From contig OZ243956.1 in NCBI GenBank assembly GCA_965214405.1, positions 640,001-704,000 on the forward strand: a DNA stretch of 64,000 bases, written 5' to 3'. Source of the DNA: Trueperaceae bacterium. GTDB taxonomy: Bacteria; Deinococcota; Deinococci; Deinococcales; Trueperaceae. This document shows positions 18,592 through 28,904 of the stretch, one piece after another; position 1 is the stretch's first letter; the number at the start of each line of letters is the position of its first letter. The translations under genes and the position numbers were made by a program. Below the pieces are notes generated by a model, which saw nothing but the letters and a program-made list of their open reading frames with translations, was not told where the DNA came from and searched no databases.

Positions 18592-19973
18592 AACCGCACC
18601 TGCACTTTATGGGCGTCGGCGGCGTCGGCATGAGCGGCCTCGCGCGTTGGTATCTGGCCGACGGCTACCGCGTCTCCGGCTGTGATACGGGCGGCGGGGA
18701 GGTGCTGGGGGCGCTTACGAAAGAGGGCGTCACCGTCTTCCGGGGTCATGACCCCAGCCACGTGAGCCCGGCCGCTCAGGTAGACACGCTCGTTCACACG
18801 ATGGCCGTGTCCGAAACTCACCCGGAAATCCAGGCGGCCCACGCCGCACGCGTGCGCACGCTCAAACGTATTGACCTCCTGGCGGAGCTTTTAGCGCGTC
18901 ACCAAGGGATAGCCGTCACGGGGAGCCACGGCAAAAGCACAACCACGGGGATGATTGCGAGCCTGCTTATCGACTTAGATCAGGACCCCTCGGTGCTTAT
19001 CGGCGCGGAGTTGCCCGCGCTGGGGGGCAACATGCGTTACGGGGCGGGCGACATGGTCGTCGCCGAGGTGGACGAGTCCGACCCCGGTTTTTCTCGCATC
19101 ACGTCTCATTTGGCGCTCGTGACCAACTTAGGTGACGACCACATCGCCGAGGGCTTTAGCGAGAGACGCAACTATCACGCATCGAAGGGGGCGCTCGAGA
19201 CCGCCCTCCAGGAATTTGCAGGGAACGCCCGAACCCTCCTCTACTGCACCGATTGGCCCAATCTGACCGCACTTTTAGCCTCAGAGCACGCTCACACCTA
19301 CGGCTTTCACGAGGCGAGCGACTACCGGGCGGAAGTGGTGGCCTTGGAGGAGATGTCGAGCGTGTTCCGTCTTCACACCCCAAATGCAGAGCGTTACGAC
19401 GTGGCGCTTTCCGTTCCGGGCGAGCACAACATCCAGAACGCCGCGGGGGCGCTCGCCGCGGTTCATCTGCTGGGCCTCGACTTAGGCGCGGCGGCGGCAG
19501 CCCTGACCGATTTTCGCGGCGTCGGGCGGCGGTTGCAGCGCCGCGGCTCGGTCGACCGGGCGCTCGTCCTGGACGACTACGCGGTTCATCCCACCGAGGT
19601 CGAGGTGGTCTTGACGGTCGCCAAAAACACCGGGCGGCGGGTGCGCGCGGTGTTGCAGCCCCACCGCTGGGTGCGCACCGCGCAGCACTGGCCCGCGCTG
19701 GCCGACGCCGCCGCCTTGGCCGACGAGGTGCTCGTCCTAGACATCTACAGCGCGGGCGAGAGCGAAATCCCCGGCGTGTCCACCGACCTCATCGTGGATC
19801 GGCTCAACGGAGCGGGCAAGCGCGCGGCCCACCACACGCTCGCCTCGGCGCAGGCGTATTTGGAGGAGACGCTCGAGCCCGGCGATCTCATCATTACCCT
19901 CGGCGCGGGCGACGTGTGGCGCGTGGCGCAGGGGCTGGTGACGGCTCTTGGAGGCGACGATGGCACCGCCTAA
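18588..19973 (+). CDS. murC: UDP-MurNAc:L-Ala ligase
   Basis: GVGGVGMSGLA, GSHGKSTTT, EVDESD, DDYAVHPTE. Confidence 0.96.
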   Translation: MKPHLHFMGVGGVGMSGLARWYLADGYRVSGCDTGGGEVLGALTKEGVTVFRGHDPSHVSPAAQVDTLVHTMAVSETHPEIQAAHAARVRTLKRIDLLAELLARHQGIAVTGSHGKSTTTGMIASLLIDLDQDPSVLIGAELPALGGNMRYGAGDMVVAEVDESDPGFSRITSHLALVTNLGDDHIAEGFSERRNYHASKGALETALQEFAGNARTLLYCTDWPNLTALLASEHAHTYGFHEASDYRAEVVALEEMSSVFRLHTPNAERYDVALSVPGEHNIQNAAGALAAVHLLGLDLGAAAAALTDFRGVGRRLQRRGSVDRALVLDDYAVHPTEVEVVLTVAKNTGRRVRAVLQPHRWVRTAQHWPALADAAALADEVLVLDIYSAGESEIPGVSTDLIVDRLNGAGKRAAHHTLASAQAYLEETLEPGDLIITLGAGDVWRVAQGLVTALGGDDGTA

Positions 19974-20838
19974 CGTGCTCCCAAGATTTGTTGAACTCGA
20001 GACGCTCACCACCCTGGGCGTCGGCGGTCCTGCCGAACTTTGGGAGGTCGAGAACGAGGCGGATTTGCTTATCGCCACCCACGAACCCTACCGCGTCATC
20101 GGCGCGGGCTCGAACCTGCTCGTGGCAGACGCGGGGGTACCGGAGCGGGTCGTTAAACTTGGTCGGGCTTACAACAGTCTACGTGAATTTGACCTCGAGA
20201 GCGGGAGGGGCGAAAGCGATTTTTGGCTGGGCGCGGCCACCCCGCTGCCCGGTCTCGTCCGGCGCGCGGCGGAGGCGGGGCTCTCGGGGCTCGAGGGCCT
20301 CTTGGGCGTGCCCGCCGTGCTGGGCGGCGCGGTGGCGATGAACGCAGGCACGCGCTTTGGCGAGATGTCCGATACGTTGCAGGAGGTCGAGATTTTTGTG
20401 GGCGGCAAAACTGAACGCTTGAACGCGGACGCGCTGGGGCTAGGCTACCGCCGGAGCGCCTTGCCGCCGGGCGCAATCCTGACCCGCGTGCGACTTCTCC
20501 TAACCCCGTCAACGAAAGAACGCGTGACGACGCGCCTCGCCCAAGTCGACGCCGCCCGTAAAATTCAGCCCAAGCGCAAGTCGGCGGGCTGCGCCTTTAA
20601 GAATCCACCTGGTGAATCTGCGGGGCGTCTTATCGACCTTCACGGCCTCAAGGGCTTACGCGTGGGCGGGGCGATGGTGTCTTTTGAACACGGCAACTTC
20701 ATCGTCAACACGGGCGGCGCGACCGCGCGCGACGTGGTCGAACTTTTGAGGGTCATAAAAGGACGTGTGCCTACGCCCCTCGAGACCGAATGGGAACTCT
20801 GGGGCTTTGAAAGAACCGGAAACGGAGCGACCTCATGA
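19960..20838 (+). CDS. murB: UDP-N-acetylenolpyruvoylglucosamine reductase
   Basis: GAGSNLLV, GGAVAMNAG, SAGCAFKNP, HGNFIVN. Confidence 0.96.
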   Translation: MAPPNVLPRFVELETLTTLGVGGPAELWEVENEADLLIATHEPYRVIGAGSNLLVADAGVPERVVKLGRAYNSLREFDLESGRGESDFWLGAATPLPGLVRRAAEAGLSGLEGLLGVPAVLGGAVAMNAGTRFGEMSDTLQEVEIFVGGKTERLNADALGLGYRRSALPPGAILTRVRLLLTPSTKERVTTRLAQVDAARKIQPKRKSAGCAFKNPPGESAGRLIDLHGLKGLRVGGAMVSFEHGNFIVNTGGATARDVVELLRVIKGRVPTPLETEWELWGFERTGNGATS

Positions 20839-21449
20839 CGCGCCGCCGGGTCATGCTGAGCCTGCTGCTCGTGCTCTCTACGCTCCTGCTGGTGTCGCGC
20901 CTCGTGCCCAGGGTGACGCGGCTCGAGGTCACAGGTATTCATCACCTTTCCGAGGAGGAGGTTTTCGCAAAAGCGGACTTGAAGTTCAACGACCCCTTTG
21001 TCTGGGTGACGCGCCCGCGCTTTCGGCCCCTCGCCCGGGACCCCTGGGTCGCGCGCGTCGAGGTCACGCGCCGCTGGCCCGACACGGTCTATCTCACGGT
21101 TCAGGAGCGCGTTCCTTTTGTGAGTGAGGATGAACGCGTCTACGCGCTCGACGGCACCTTTTTACCCGGCGCGGTCGCCGCAGAAGCGCCGGTCACGCTA
21201 TCTGGCTGGGGTCCCGACAGGCGCGCCGAGGCATTTGAACTCTTGAGGTTGCTGGAGGTTTTTGGGCCGGAGATGCTAAGCTACTCACCGAGTGGATTCG
21301 AGGTTCGCATGGCTCATACGGAGCTGTTTACACCAAGCGCGGAAGCTTTACGCGCGCAGTGGTCGGGTTTTTTGAGCCAGCAGGGCAGCGAGGAAAGCAA
21401 CTCGCTTATGGCTGTTTATCCTTGGGGAGTGAGCGTAAAACATGACTGA
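20835..21449 (+). CDS. ftsQ: Cell division protein FtsQ (POTRA domain)
   Basis: TM segment, V.RRWPDTV.L.V.ER POTRA motif, operon position. Confidence 0.85.
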   Translation: MTRRRVMLSLLLVLSTLLLVSRLVPRVTRLEVTGIHHLSEEEVFAKADLKFNDPFVWVTRPRFRPLARDPWVARVEVTRRWPDTVYLTVQERVPFVSEDERVYALDGTFLPGAVAAEAPVTLSGWGPDRRAEAFELLRLLEVFGPEMLSYSPSGFEVRMAHTELFTPSAEALRAQWSGFLSQQGSEESNSLMAVYPWGVSVKHD

Positions 21450-22710
21450 CGAACGTATCATCGTCGGCTTAGACATCGGCACGACGAAAATCTGCACCGT
21501 CATCGGCGAGATCGCCGCGGACGGGGTTTTAGACATTATCGGCGAGGGCACCGTGCCTTCCGACGGGCTACGCAAGGGCGTGGTCGTGAACCTAGAGCGC
21601 ACCATCACCTCGGTGCGGCAGTCCATCGCCGCCGCCGAACGGGTCGCGGGCGTGGAGGTCAAGAGCGCCTGGGTGGGCGTGGCGGGAAGTCACCTCAAGG
21701 CGATGACGAGTCACGGGATGGCGGCGATTCGCCGCGGTCAGGAGGTCACGCAGGCCGACGTCGAGCGCACCATCGAGAACGCTCGAGCCGTGCCCTTAGA
21801 GGCCAACATGGAGATGATTCACGTGATTCCACAAGAATATGTGGTCGACGGCAACGACGGCATCAAGGACCCGGTAGGGATGTCGGGGGTGAGGTTGGAA
21901 GTGGACGTCCACATCGTTGCGGGCGCGCAAGGCCCGCTGCAAAACCTGCGGCGCTGCGCCCGCGACGCCGGGATCGAGGTTGAGGGCGTGGTCGTGCAGG
22001 CGCTCGCCTCGGGGCTGGCCGTGTTGGACAGTAGTGAGCGCGACCTCACCACCGTCCTTATCGACGTGGGCGGCGGCACCACCGACGTCGGCGTGTTCCG
22101 GCGCGGCACCTTGGCGCATTCGGCGGTGATTCCTTTGGGAGGCGACCACATCACCCAAGATATTTCGCAACTCCTGCGCATCCCCCCCGAGGAGGCCGAA
22201 AGGGTAAAAAAACGCTACGGCGTCGCCTTGCCCGACTTGGCCGACCGCGAGGTCGCGCTCGAGGTGGCGCACCCCAACTACACCGCCTCGCTCTCGACTT
22301 TTGAGTTGGCGCAAGTGATCAAGCCTCGTGTGGTCGAAATTTTGGACTTGGTCAAGCGCAACATCGAGCAGCGCATGGGCGCGTTGGAACTCTTGGCGGG
22401 CAACGTGGTCATCACGGGCGGCGCGTCGCTCATGGCGGGGCTTGACCAGGTGGCCGCCGAACGCTTCCGTCTGCCCGTACGCATCGGCAAGCCCCACGGG
22501 GTCTCGGGCTTGGTCGATGTGGTGGCCTCCCCCGCGCACGCGACCGCCGTGGGGCTCGTGCGCCACGGAATGCTCCACCAGCACTTCCCGGACGCGCCCC
22601 CGAGTCGCGCCGTTCGTTTGCCGCGGGCGGAGGGCGTCCAAAGAGGCGTGTCGGAGCGCGTGACCGGCTTCGTCTCGAGCGTCCGCAACGTTCTCAAGGA
22701 TTTCTTTTAG
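21442..22710 (+). CDS. ftsA: Cell division protein FtsA
   Basis: GLDIGTTKI, DVGGGTT, VITGGAS. Confidence 0.97.
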   Translation: MTDERIIVGLDIGTTKICTVIGEIAADGVLDIIGEGTVPSDGLRKGVVVNLERTITSVRQSIAAAERVAGVEVKSAWVGVAGSHLKAMTSHGMAAIRRGQEVTQADVERTIENARAVPLEANMEMIHVIPQEYVVDGNDGIKDPVGMSGVRLEVDVHIVAGAQGPLQNLRRCARDAGIEVEGVVVQALASGLAVLDSSERDLTTVLIDVGGGTTDVGVFRRGTLAHSAVIPLGGDHITQDISQLLRIPPEEAERVKKRYGVALPDLADREVALEVAHPNYTASLSTFELAQVIKPRVVEILDLVKRNIEQRMGALELLAGNVVITGGASLMAGLDQVAAERFRLPVRIGKPHGVSGLVDVVASPAHATAVGLVRHGMLHQHFPDAPPSRAVRLPRAEGVQRGVSERVTGFVSSVRNVLKDFF

Positions 22711-22791
22711 TGTTCCTCATATTTCCGTTTCAGATTTCTATCTGGCCCATTCGTCAAGCCATTCAAACTCAATCTCTTAAAGGAGTGAACC

Positions 22792-23856
22792 ATGAACAGT
22801 ATGGATAATGCAGTCATTCGCGTGATCGGCCTCGGCGGCGGCGGCAACAACGCGGTCAACCGGATGATCGAGGCGGGCCTCCAGGGCGTCGAGTTCGTCG
22901 CCGCGAACACCGACGCGCAGGTCCTGACCACGAGCTTGGCCGACACCCGCATCCAGATGGGCGACCACATGACCAAGGGCTTGGGCGCGGGCGCAAATCC
23001 CGAAATCGGCGAAAAGGCCGCGATGGAAGACCGCGACCGGATTTCTGAGAATCTGCGCGGCTCCGACTTGGTCTTTATCACCGCGGGCATGGGCGGCGGC
23101 ACGGGCACGGGCAGCGCCCCTGTGGTGGCCGAGGTCGCGCGCGAGTTGGGCGCGCTAACCGTCGCGGTCGTCACCACGCCCTTTCGCATGGAGGGTCCCA
23201 AAAGGATGCGTCAGGCCGAGGAGGGCTTGCGCCGCCTAGAAGACAAAGTAGACGCGCTCATCGTCGTCGAAAACGAGCGCCTGCTCTCGGCTTTGGACCG
23301 CAAGGTCAAACTCACCGACGCCTTTCGCGTGGCCGACCGCGTGCTCTACCACGGCGTCAAGGGCATCAGCGACGTGATCAACGTGCCCGGTCTTATCAAC
23401 GTCGACTTTGCCGACGTGCGCGCGCTCCTGTCGGGCGCGGGCACTGTACTCATGGGCATCGGCGCGGGCCGCGGCGAGAAACTTGTCGAGGTCGCCGCCA
23501 CCACCGCGACGCACTCGCCGCTGCTGGCTCGGGGCGTTGAGGGCGCGCACCAGCTCCTTATCAACATCACCGGCTCCGAAGAACTCACGCTCTTTGACGC
23601 GCACGAGATCGTCGAAAAAATTAGCGAGGCGACCGAGGTCGAAGACGTCAACGTCCTTTTCGGCGTGACCTACGACGAGGCCGCCGCCGACGAGGTGCGC
23701 GTGACCGTGATTGCCGCGGGCTTTGACCATAACCCGCAGGTCAAGGTCTTGCGCCCGTCGCAACTCCGCAACCACGCCGCGGGCCGCACCTACGACCCCA
23801 CCAACTACGACATCCCCGCCTTTTTGCGCTACAACCCCGAGAGCGCCGAGAACTAA
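22792..23856 (+). CDS. ftsZ: Cell division protein FtsZ
   Basis: GGGGNNA, GMGGGTGTG, INVDFAD, DIPAFLR tail. Confidence 0.99.
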   Translation: MNSMDNAVIRVIGLGGGGNNAVNRMIEAGLQGVEFVAANTDAQVLTTSLADTRIQMGDHMTKGLGAGANPEIGEKAAMEDRDRISENLRGSDLVFITAGMGGGTGTGSAPVVAEVARELGALTVAVVTTPFRMEGPKRMRQAEEGLRRLEDKVDALIVVENERLLSALDRKVKLTDAFRVADRVLYHGVKGISDVINVPGLINVDFADVRALLSGAGTVLMGIGAGRGEKLVEVAATTATHSPLLARGVEGAHQLLINITGSEELTLFDAHEIVEKISEATEVEDVNVLFGVTYDEAAADEVRVTVIAAGFDHNPQVKVLRPSQLRNHAAGRTYDPTNYDIPAFLRYNPESAEN

Positions 23857-23901
23857 GCGGATGCTTAGCAGGGCTAGGTTTTTCGTCCTCTTGGCACGCC
23901 C

Positions 23902-24405
23902 TTGAAGCGCGAGGTTAAATTCGAGGGCAAACTCTTAACGCTTCTAACGCTTGACGATCACTGGGAGGTCGTCGAGCACGTGCCCGCGGTGTGCGTGCTG
24001 GCCTTGCGTAAGCGTTCAGATGAGCTCGAGGTACTGGGCGTCTCCCAAAACCGCCCCGCCGTGGGCCAAGAAACCTGGGAACTGCCCGCGGGTCTTATCG
24101 ACGAGGACGAAACGCCGGAAGAGGCGGCAAGCCGCGAACTGAGCGAGGAGACGGGGCTGAAGGGGGAGTTAACGCTCATTACCCAGATGTTCACCAGTCC
24201 TGGCTACAGCACTGAAAAGATTTTTCTCTTTGAAGCCAAAGATTTGCTCGAGGTCCCCCACACCCCCGACCCAAACGAACCCCTGACGGTCGAGTGGCGT
24301 CCTATCGGGGAGGTGTGGCGCGACGTCCAAGAGGGGCGTGTGGCGACCAGCGCCCCCACCTTGGTCGCGCTCGCTTACGCTCTGGGCCGCTCACAGGGGT
24401 CATAA
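23902..24405 (+). CDS. NUDIX hydrolase (ADP-ribose pyrophosphatase-like)
   Basis: ELPAGLIDEDETPEEAASRELSEETG Nudix box, SPG. Confidence 0.9.
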   Translation: MKREVKFEGKLLTLLTLDDHWEVVEHVPAVCVLALRKRSDELEVLGVSQNRPAVGQETWELPAGLIDEDETPEEAASRELSEETGLKGELTLITQMFTSPGYSTEKIFLFEAKDLLEVPHTPDPNEPLTVEWRPIGEVWRDVQEGRVATSAPTLVALAYALGRSQGS

Positions 24406-24482
24406 TTGACGAAAGCTTTGGCGTGCAGACGTCGCCCGTAAAGACTTAACAGGGGGGAATCTGTAACGCTTCAAAAACTTCT

Positions 24483-25388
24483 ATGTCAACCATGCCCATC
24501 CCAACCGTCGTAGACACCCCCGACGCCCTCTCGCTCTCCAATACCGTCCTCTGCATCGGCAACTTCGACGGGGTTCATCTGGGCCATCAGATGCTCCTGC
24601 GTCACATGCAGGACTTGGCGCAGGGCGCGCGTCCGGGCGTGGTCATCTCTTTTTTTCCAACCTCCAAGATGGTCTTTGGCAACGGCGCGTACCTCACGAG
24701 TTTGGAGGAGAAAGTGAGGCTTTTCGCCTCCTTTGAGCCCGCGGCGGTGGTCGTGATTCCTTTTTCTGCCGAATACGCCCGGACCGATAAGCAGGTTTTT
24801 TTGAACCAGCTCTCGAGGCTCACGCCCCACACCATCATCGTCGGGGAGGATTTTCGCTTTGGGCACAAGCGCGAGGGGACGCTCAACGATTTGAGTCACA
24901 TTACGGAGAAGCTCGAGGTCTTCGGCATGAAAAAGTTGGAGGGTCACGCCATCAAGTCCTCGCGCATCCGCGCCCTTTTGCAAGAGGGCAACGTGGACGA
25001 GGCCAACCGGCTTCTCGGCTACGCCTACCTCGCCACGGGGGAGGTGGTCGAGGGCGACAAGCGGGGGCGCACCATCGGCTTTCCCACCGCCAACATCGCG
25101 CTGCCCCCAAATAAAGTGCTGCCTGTGGGCGTGTTCGCGGTCACCGCCGAAACCGACGCGGGCACCTTTGGCGGCATGGCGAACGTGGGGCCGCGCCCGA
25201 GCTTTCCAGACGCGCCGCCGTCACTAGAGGTTCACCTGTTCGACTTTTCGGGCGACCTCTACGGAAAACGCGTCACCGTTTCTTTCAAACACCTGTTGCG
25301 GGACCAGAAGAAGTTCGCGGGTTTGGAAGACCTCAGGGCGCAACTGTCGGACGATAGGGCGAGGGCCAGGGCGTATCTCGAGCTTTAA
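24483..25388 (+). CDS. ribF: Bifunctional FAD synthetase / riboflavin kinase
   Basis: GNFDGVHLGH, GRTIGFPTAN, EVHLFDF. Confidence 0.96.
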   Translation: MSTMPIPTVVDTPDALSLSNTVLCIGNFDGVHLGHQMLLRHMQDLAQGARPGVVISFFPTSKMVFGNGAYLTSLEEKVRLFASFEPAAVVVIPFSAEYARTDKQVFLNQLSRLTPHTIIVGEDFRFGHKREGTLNDLSHITEKLEVFGMKKLEGHAIKSSRIRALLQEGNVDEANRLLGYAYLATGEVVEGDKRGRTIGFPTANIALPPNKVLPVGVFAVTAETDAGTFGGMANVGPRPSFPDAPPSLEVHLFDFSGDLYGKRVTVSFKHLLRDQKKFAGLEDLRAQLSDDRARARAYLEL

Positions 25389-25437
25389 CTCACAACGTTT
25401 GTAAACGTTCTCAACACGCCACAAGAGGAGACGACCC

Positions 25438-26037
25438 GTGAAAATAGAAACCACGGAGGAGCTTAGGCGGCACTACAGAGAGCCCAAAGGCCGCGCCGTA
25501 CAAAAGCAGCTCGAGCACTTAGACGTCCACTGCCAAAACTTCATCGCCCTCTCCCCTTTCATGGTCCTGGCGAGCAGCAGCGAGGGGAGCGCGGACGCCT
25601 CACCCAGGGGCGGAGAGCCGGGTTTTGTCAAAGTTTTAGATGCGCGCGCCCTGCTCATCCCCGACTGGCCCGGCAACAATCGTCTGGATTCGTTCAGCAA
25701 CATCTTGCAAAACAAACACGTCGGCACAATTTTTCTCATTCCGGGTGTAGATGAGACCTTGCGAGTCAACGGTCATGTCGAAATCCGGACCGACGACGCG
25801 CTACGGCAGATTTTTGAGACGAAAGGGAAGCTGCCCATCACGGTTCTTAAACTCACGGTCAGAGAAGCCTACCTCCACTGCGCCAAAGCCTTTATGCGCG
25901 CCAAACTTTGGGACGATAAAATTGACAGAACCGCGTTACCGACGATGGGAGCGATGCTCAACGACCAGACAGGTTCTGAGGAGAAGGTCGAAACGCAGGG
26001 GGAGATGCTCGAGCGCTACCAGAAAGTCCTGTATTAA
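25438..26037 (+). CDS. Pyridoxamine 5'-phosphate oxidase family FMN-binding protein
   Basis: DASPRGGEPGFV, PDWPGNNRLDS, TLRVNG. Confidence 0.85.
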   Translation: MKIETTEELRRHYREPKGRAVQKQLEHLDVHCQNFIALSPFMVLASSSEGSADASPRGGEPGFVKVLDARALLIPDWPGNNRLDSFSNILQNKHVGTIFLIPGVDETLRVNGHVEIRTDDALRQIFETKGKLPITVLKLTVREAYLHCAKAFMRAKLWDDKIDRTALPTMGAMLNDQTGSEEKVETQGEMLERYQKVLY

Positions 26038-26117
26038 ATCCCACTCTTCAACCTGCTGTGGGAAATCTACCCACACCCCGCGTGGCAAGCTCTTAAACTC
26101 AAAGCGTCTTTTTAAGG

Positions 26118-26218
26118 GTGCGTTGAGCGCCCGGGCGGGTTTCTTATCCACACTCGCCCCCCGGAAAAGAGTGCGTTGAGCTTGCTTGGGCGGGTCTTTA
26201 TCGACACCCGCCCTCCGG
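26118..26218. repeat. Two tandem ~53-bp hairpin-containing direct repeats
   Basis: GTGCGTTGAGC at 26118 and 26171, each followed by a GGGCGGGT..AC(T/C)CGCCC stem. Confidence 0.75.
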
Positions 26219-26359
26219 TTTTTGGGAACGCTTGCAGGGCTCGAGTCTTTGCCCGCAGAAATGCTCTTGCGACCCTCACGAAGCATTGCAGACTTCCACT
26301 TTCAAACACTGGATTGTCCATCAAGAAAACGCGTCTGTCTACTGTAAAATCGGCTCGAG

Positions 26360-26758
26360 TCACGCCTTGAACCGCTCCGCCAGCACCTCCTCCGACGACA
26401 GTTCGGGTCCCGTCCACACAAAAGCCTCGCGCGCGCCTATCTCGCGGGCGAGTTCCAATAGGGCGCGTTTTTCCAGGCTGGCTAAACCGCCGGTAAGTGG
26501 GCGCAGCGGATGCAGCACCATCGTCAATCTATAAAACCTGTCCATAAAAGAGCCCTTGATGGCGGCTCTGACACCCTCCTCGATGAGCGCCAGCGCCGCG
26601 TCGTAGTCACCTATTACGGCGCGCTCGTGGTAAAGGGGGTTGGCGTCGGGGGCGGCTGAAGAGAGGTCGTAAGAGACGCCCGTGCCGCGCCCGACGTTGT
26701 GAATGGTGAGCGTTTGGGTGTCGAAGGTGACGTAGAGGTAAGTTCGGAGCCGCTTCAT
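26360..26758 (-). CDS. Small YjaA-like / MreB N-terminal-like protein
   Basis: HERAVIGDYDAA..L.HP...GGLASLEKRAL.ELA..GAREAFV resembles the MreB subdomain IA region. Confidence 0.55.
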   Translation of the reverse strand: MKRLRTYLYVTFDTQTLTIHNVGRGTGVSYDLSSAAPDANPLYHERAVIGDYDAALALIEEGVRAAIKGSFMDRFYRLTMVLHPLRPLTGGLASLEKRALLELAREIGAREAFVWTGPELSSEEVLAERFKA

Positions 26759-26883
26759 GCCCCACTCTCCGTTATTTTGGGGAGCGTGTCAAGCTGACTC
26801 ACGCACGGTTACACATAAAACGGTCACACACGAAACGGTTAGCTGTGAAAGTTGTCACGCACCGTCGCCTCGAGCCCCTCGTC

Positions 26884-27474
26884 CTAACGCAACCAGCCCA
26901 AATGATAGGCCGTGAGCCCGGCGAGTTCGCGCAGCGCGTAGCGAAACCCAAACCCTCGAGTCTTAACGGGAGCCACCGACGCATCCAAACCCAAGTGCTG
27001 AGCCAACCAGTACGAACGGTAGGCGTGCATGTCGTCAGTAACGATGAGGACTGTGTTTTGTGAGCCAGTGCCTTGTGAACCCGTGTCGCCGCGTAGCAAC
27101 GGGAGGCTGAACTGTAAATTCTCAAAGCTCGTGCGGCTCTTCGTTTCGCTCGCCAACGCCGTCTCGGGCACGCCCTGGGCTTGCAAATAACGCGCACCCG
27201 ACTCGCCTTCGGTGGTGCGGTCGCCCTCGCGCTTGCCCCCGGTCACGACGATGCGCGGCGCGCAGCCCGCCTGGTAAAGCTCGAGCGCCCCGTCAAGCCG
27301 CCTTTTGAACGCGGGCGAGGGCGTCCCGTTATATTGCGCCGCGCCCATGACGAGAAGCGTGTCCACCGGGCAAACCGCGCGCGCCCGCGTGGGGTACCAC
27401 AGGATGTTGAAAAGCGTAGGGACCAGCAGCGTCACAAGCAAGGGGAGGAGCGCCGCGACGTGCAAGCGCTTCAC
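26884..27474 (-). CDS. YdcF/DUF218 family protein
   Basis: VMGAA, RRLD, VTGG, SRTSFEN, VTDDMH; start taken at GTG 27474. Confidence 0.88.
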   Translation of the reverse strand: MKRLHVAALLPLLVTLLVPTLFNILWYPTRARAVCPVDTLLVMGAAQYNGTPSPAFKRRLDGALELYQAGCAPRIVVTGGKREGDRTTEGESGARYLQAQGVPETALASETKSRTSFENLQFSLPLLRGDTGSQGTGSQNTVLIVTDDMHAYRSYWLAQHLGLDASVAPVKTRGFGFRYALRELAGLTAYHLGWLR

Positions 27475-27580
27475 CTGATGTTGGGTTCTTCTAAGGATGT
27501 TGGCGACTAAGCCGCCTCGTCTCCCTTGCTCTACAAGGTCCCCCCGCACCTTATTAATCACGGGGCGACCGCGCCGCCTG

Positions 27581-28849
27581 TTAATCACGAGGTAACCGTA
27601 CCTCGACCGCGCGCGCGTGGGCCTCGAGCCCCTCCGCCCTCGCCATCGTCGCGGCGGCGGGGCCGATTTTAGCGAGAAGGTCGGCGCTCAAGTTGACCAG
27701 GGGCATCACTTTTTGGAAATCGCGCACGTTGACGGCGCTCGAGAAACGCGCCGTGCCGCCCGTGGGCATCACGTGGCTCGGCCCGGCCAGATAGTCGCCC
27801 AGCGCCTCCATGCTGTTCTCGCCCAAGAACACGCCGCCCGCGTGCTCGACGCCCGGCAGCAGCGCCCAGGGGTCTTGCACGAGCAAACAGAGGTGTTCGG
27901 GCGCGTAGAGGTTGGCGACCTCTAAACCTTCCGCCAGACTCTCGACCAGCACGACGTAACCCCGCTCAACGGACGCTCTCGCCGTGGCCCCGGTGGGAAG
28001 AGTTTGAAGTTGAAGCTCGAGCTCCGTTCGCACCGCCTCCGCCAATGCTCGGCTCGGCGTGACCAGCACGGGCTGCGCCCCCTCGTGCTCGGCTTGCGCC
28101 AAAAGGTCGGCGGTGACGAAGCGGGGCTCCGCCGACGCGTCCGCCAGCACGAGCGTTTCGGTGGGGCCGGGCAGCGCCTCGATACCGACCGCGCCGTAGA
28201 CCAGCCTTTTGGCGTGTACGACGTAGCGGTTGCCTGGGCCGACGATTTTGTCTACCCTGGGCACGTTGTCCGTGCCGTAGGCGAGCGCCGCCACCGCCTG
28301 CGCGCCGCCTATGCGGTAGACCTCGCTCAGGCCGAGCAGCCGCGCTGTCATAAGAATCTCGGGTGCGACGCTCCCGTCCCTGCGCGGCGGCGTCGCCACG
28401 ACGATGTCGGGCACCCCGGCCACCTGCGCGGGAACCGCAGTCATCAGCAGCGTGCTAAAGAGCGGCGCGGTGCCGCCTGGTATGTAGCACGCCACGCGCT
28501 CTAAAGGCCTCATCAAGAGTCCCAACAGCGCCCCCTCGGCGGGGTGCAAAAAACCTTCTTTGGGCTGATGGCTGTAGAAGTCGCGGACGCGCGTCGCGGC
28601 GAGCTCGATGGCCCTTTTGAGACTATCCGGTACGCGCGCCTCGGCCTCGTCAAAGGCGGCGGCGGGCACGCGCGGGTCCTCGAGGGCCACACCGTCAAAA
28701 CGTTCGGTAAAACGCGTCAGGGCCGCGTCACCCTCCGACCGCACTGCCTGCAAAACTTCCGCCACGGCGCGTTCTATGCCAGCGTCGCCCGCGTCTGCGC
28801 TGCGGTTTTTGAAAAGAGTGAGCGCTTCGGCTCCGGTTATCGTCCTCAC
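27581..28849 (-). CDS. hisD: Histidinol dehydrogenase
   Basis: [41 protein letters not shown]. Confidence 0.96.
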   Translation of the reverse strand: MRTITGAEALTLFKNRSADAGDAGIERAVAEVLQAVRSEGDAALTRFTERFDGVALEDPRVPAAAFDEAEARVPDSLKRAIELAATRVRDFYSHQPKEGFLHPAEGALLGLLMRPLERVACYIPGGTAPLFSTLLMTAVPAQVAGVPDIVVATPPRRDGSVAPEILMTARLLGLSEVYRIGGAQAVAALAYGTDNVPRVDKIVGPGNRYVVHAKRLVYGAVGIEALPGPTETLVLADASAEPRFVTADLLAQAEHEGAQPVLVTPSRALAEAVRTELELQLQTLPTGATARASVERGYVVLVESLAEGLEVANLYAPEHLCLLVQDPWALLPGVEHAGGVFLGENSMEALGDYLAGPSHVMPTGGTARFSSAVNVRDFQKVMPLVNLSADLLAKIGPAAATMARAEGLEAHARAVEVRLPRD

Positions 28850-28904
28850 CGGCCTATCATACCGTTCTTGCCGCGCAGGACCTCGAAACACCTTAGAATG
28901 GCAT

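Noticed and set aside
19253..20341. 362-aa alternative-frame ORF, and similar long shadow ORFs such as 844-1629 and 21796-22641
   Set aside because: Off-frame or antisense shadows of real genes in GC-rich DNA, with no recognisable motifs
25936..26417. ORFs across the tandem hairpin region
   Set aside because: No motifs; they overlap neighbouring genes and repeats
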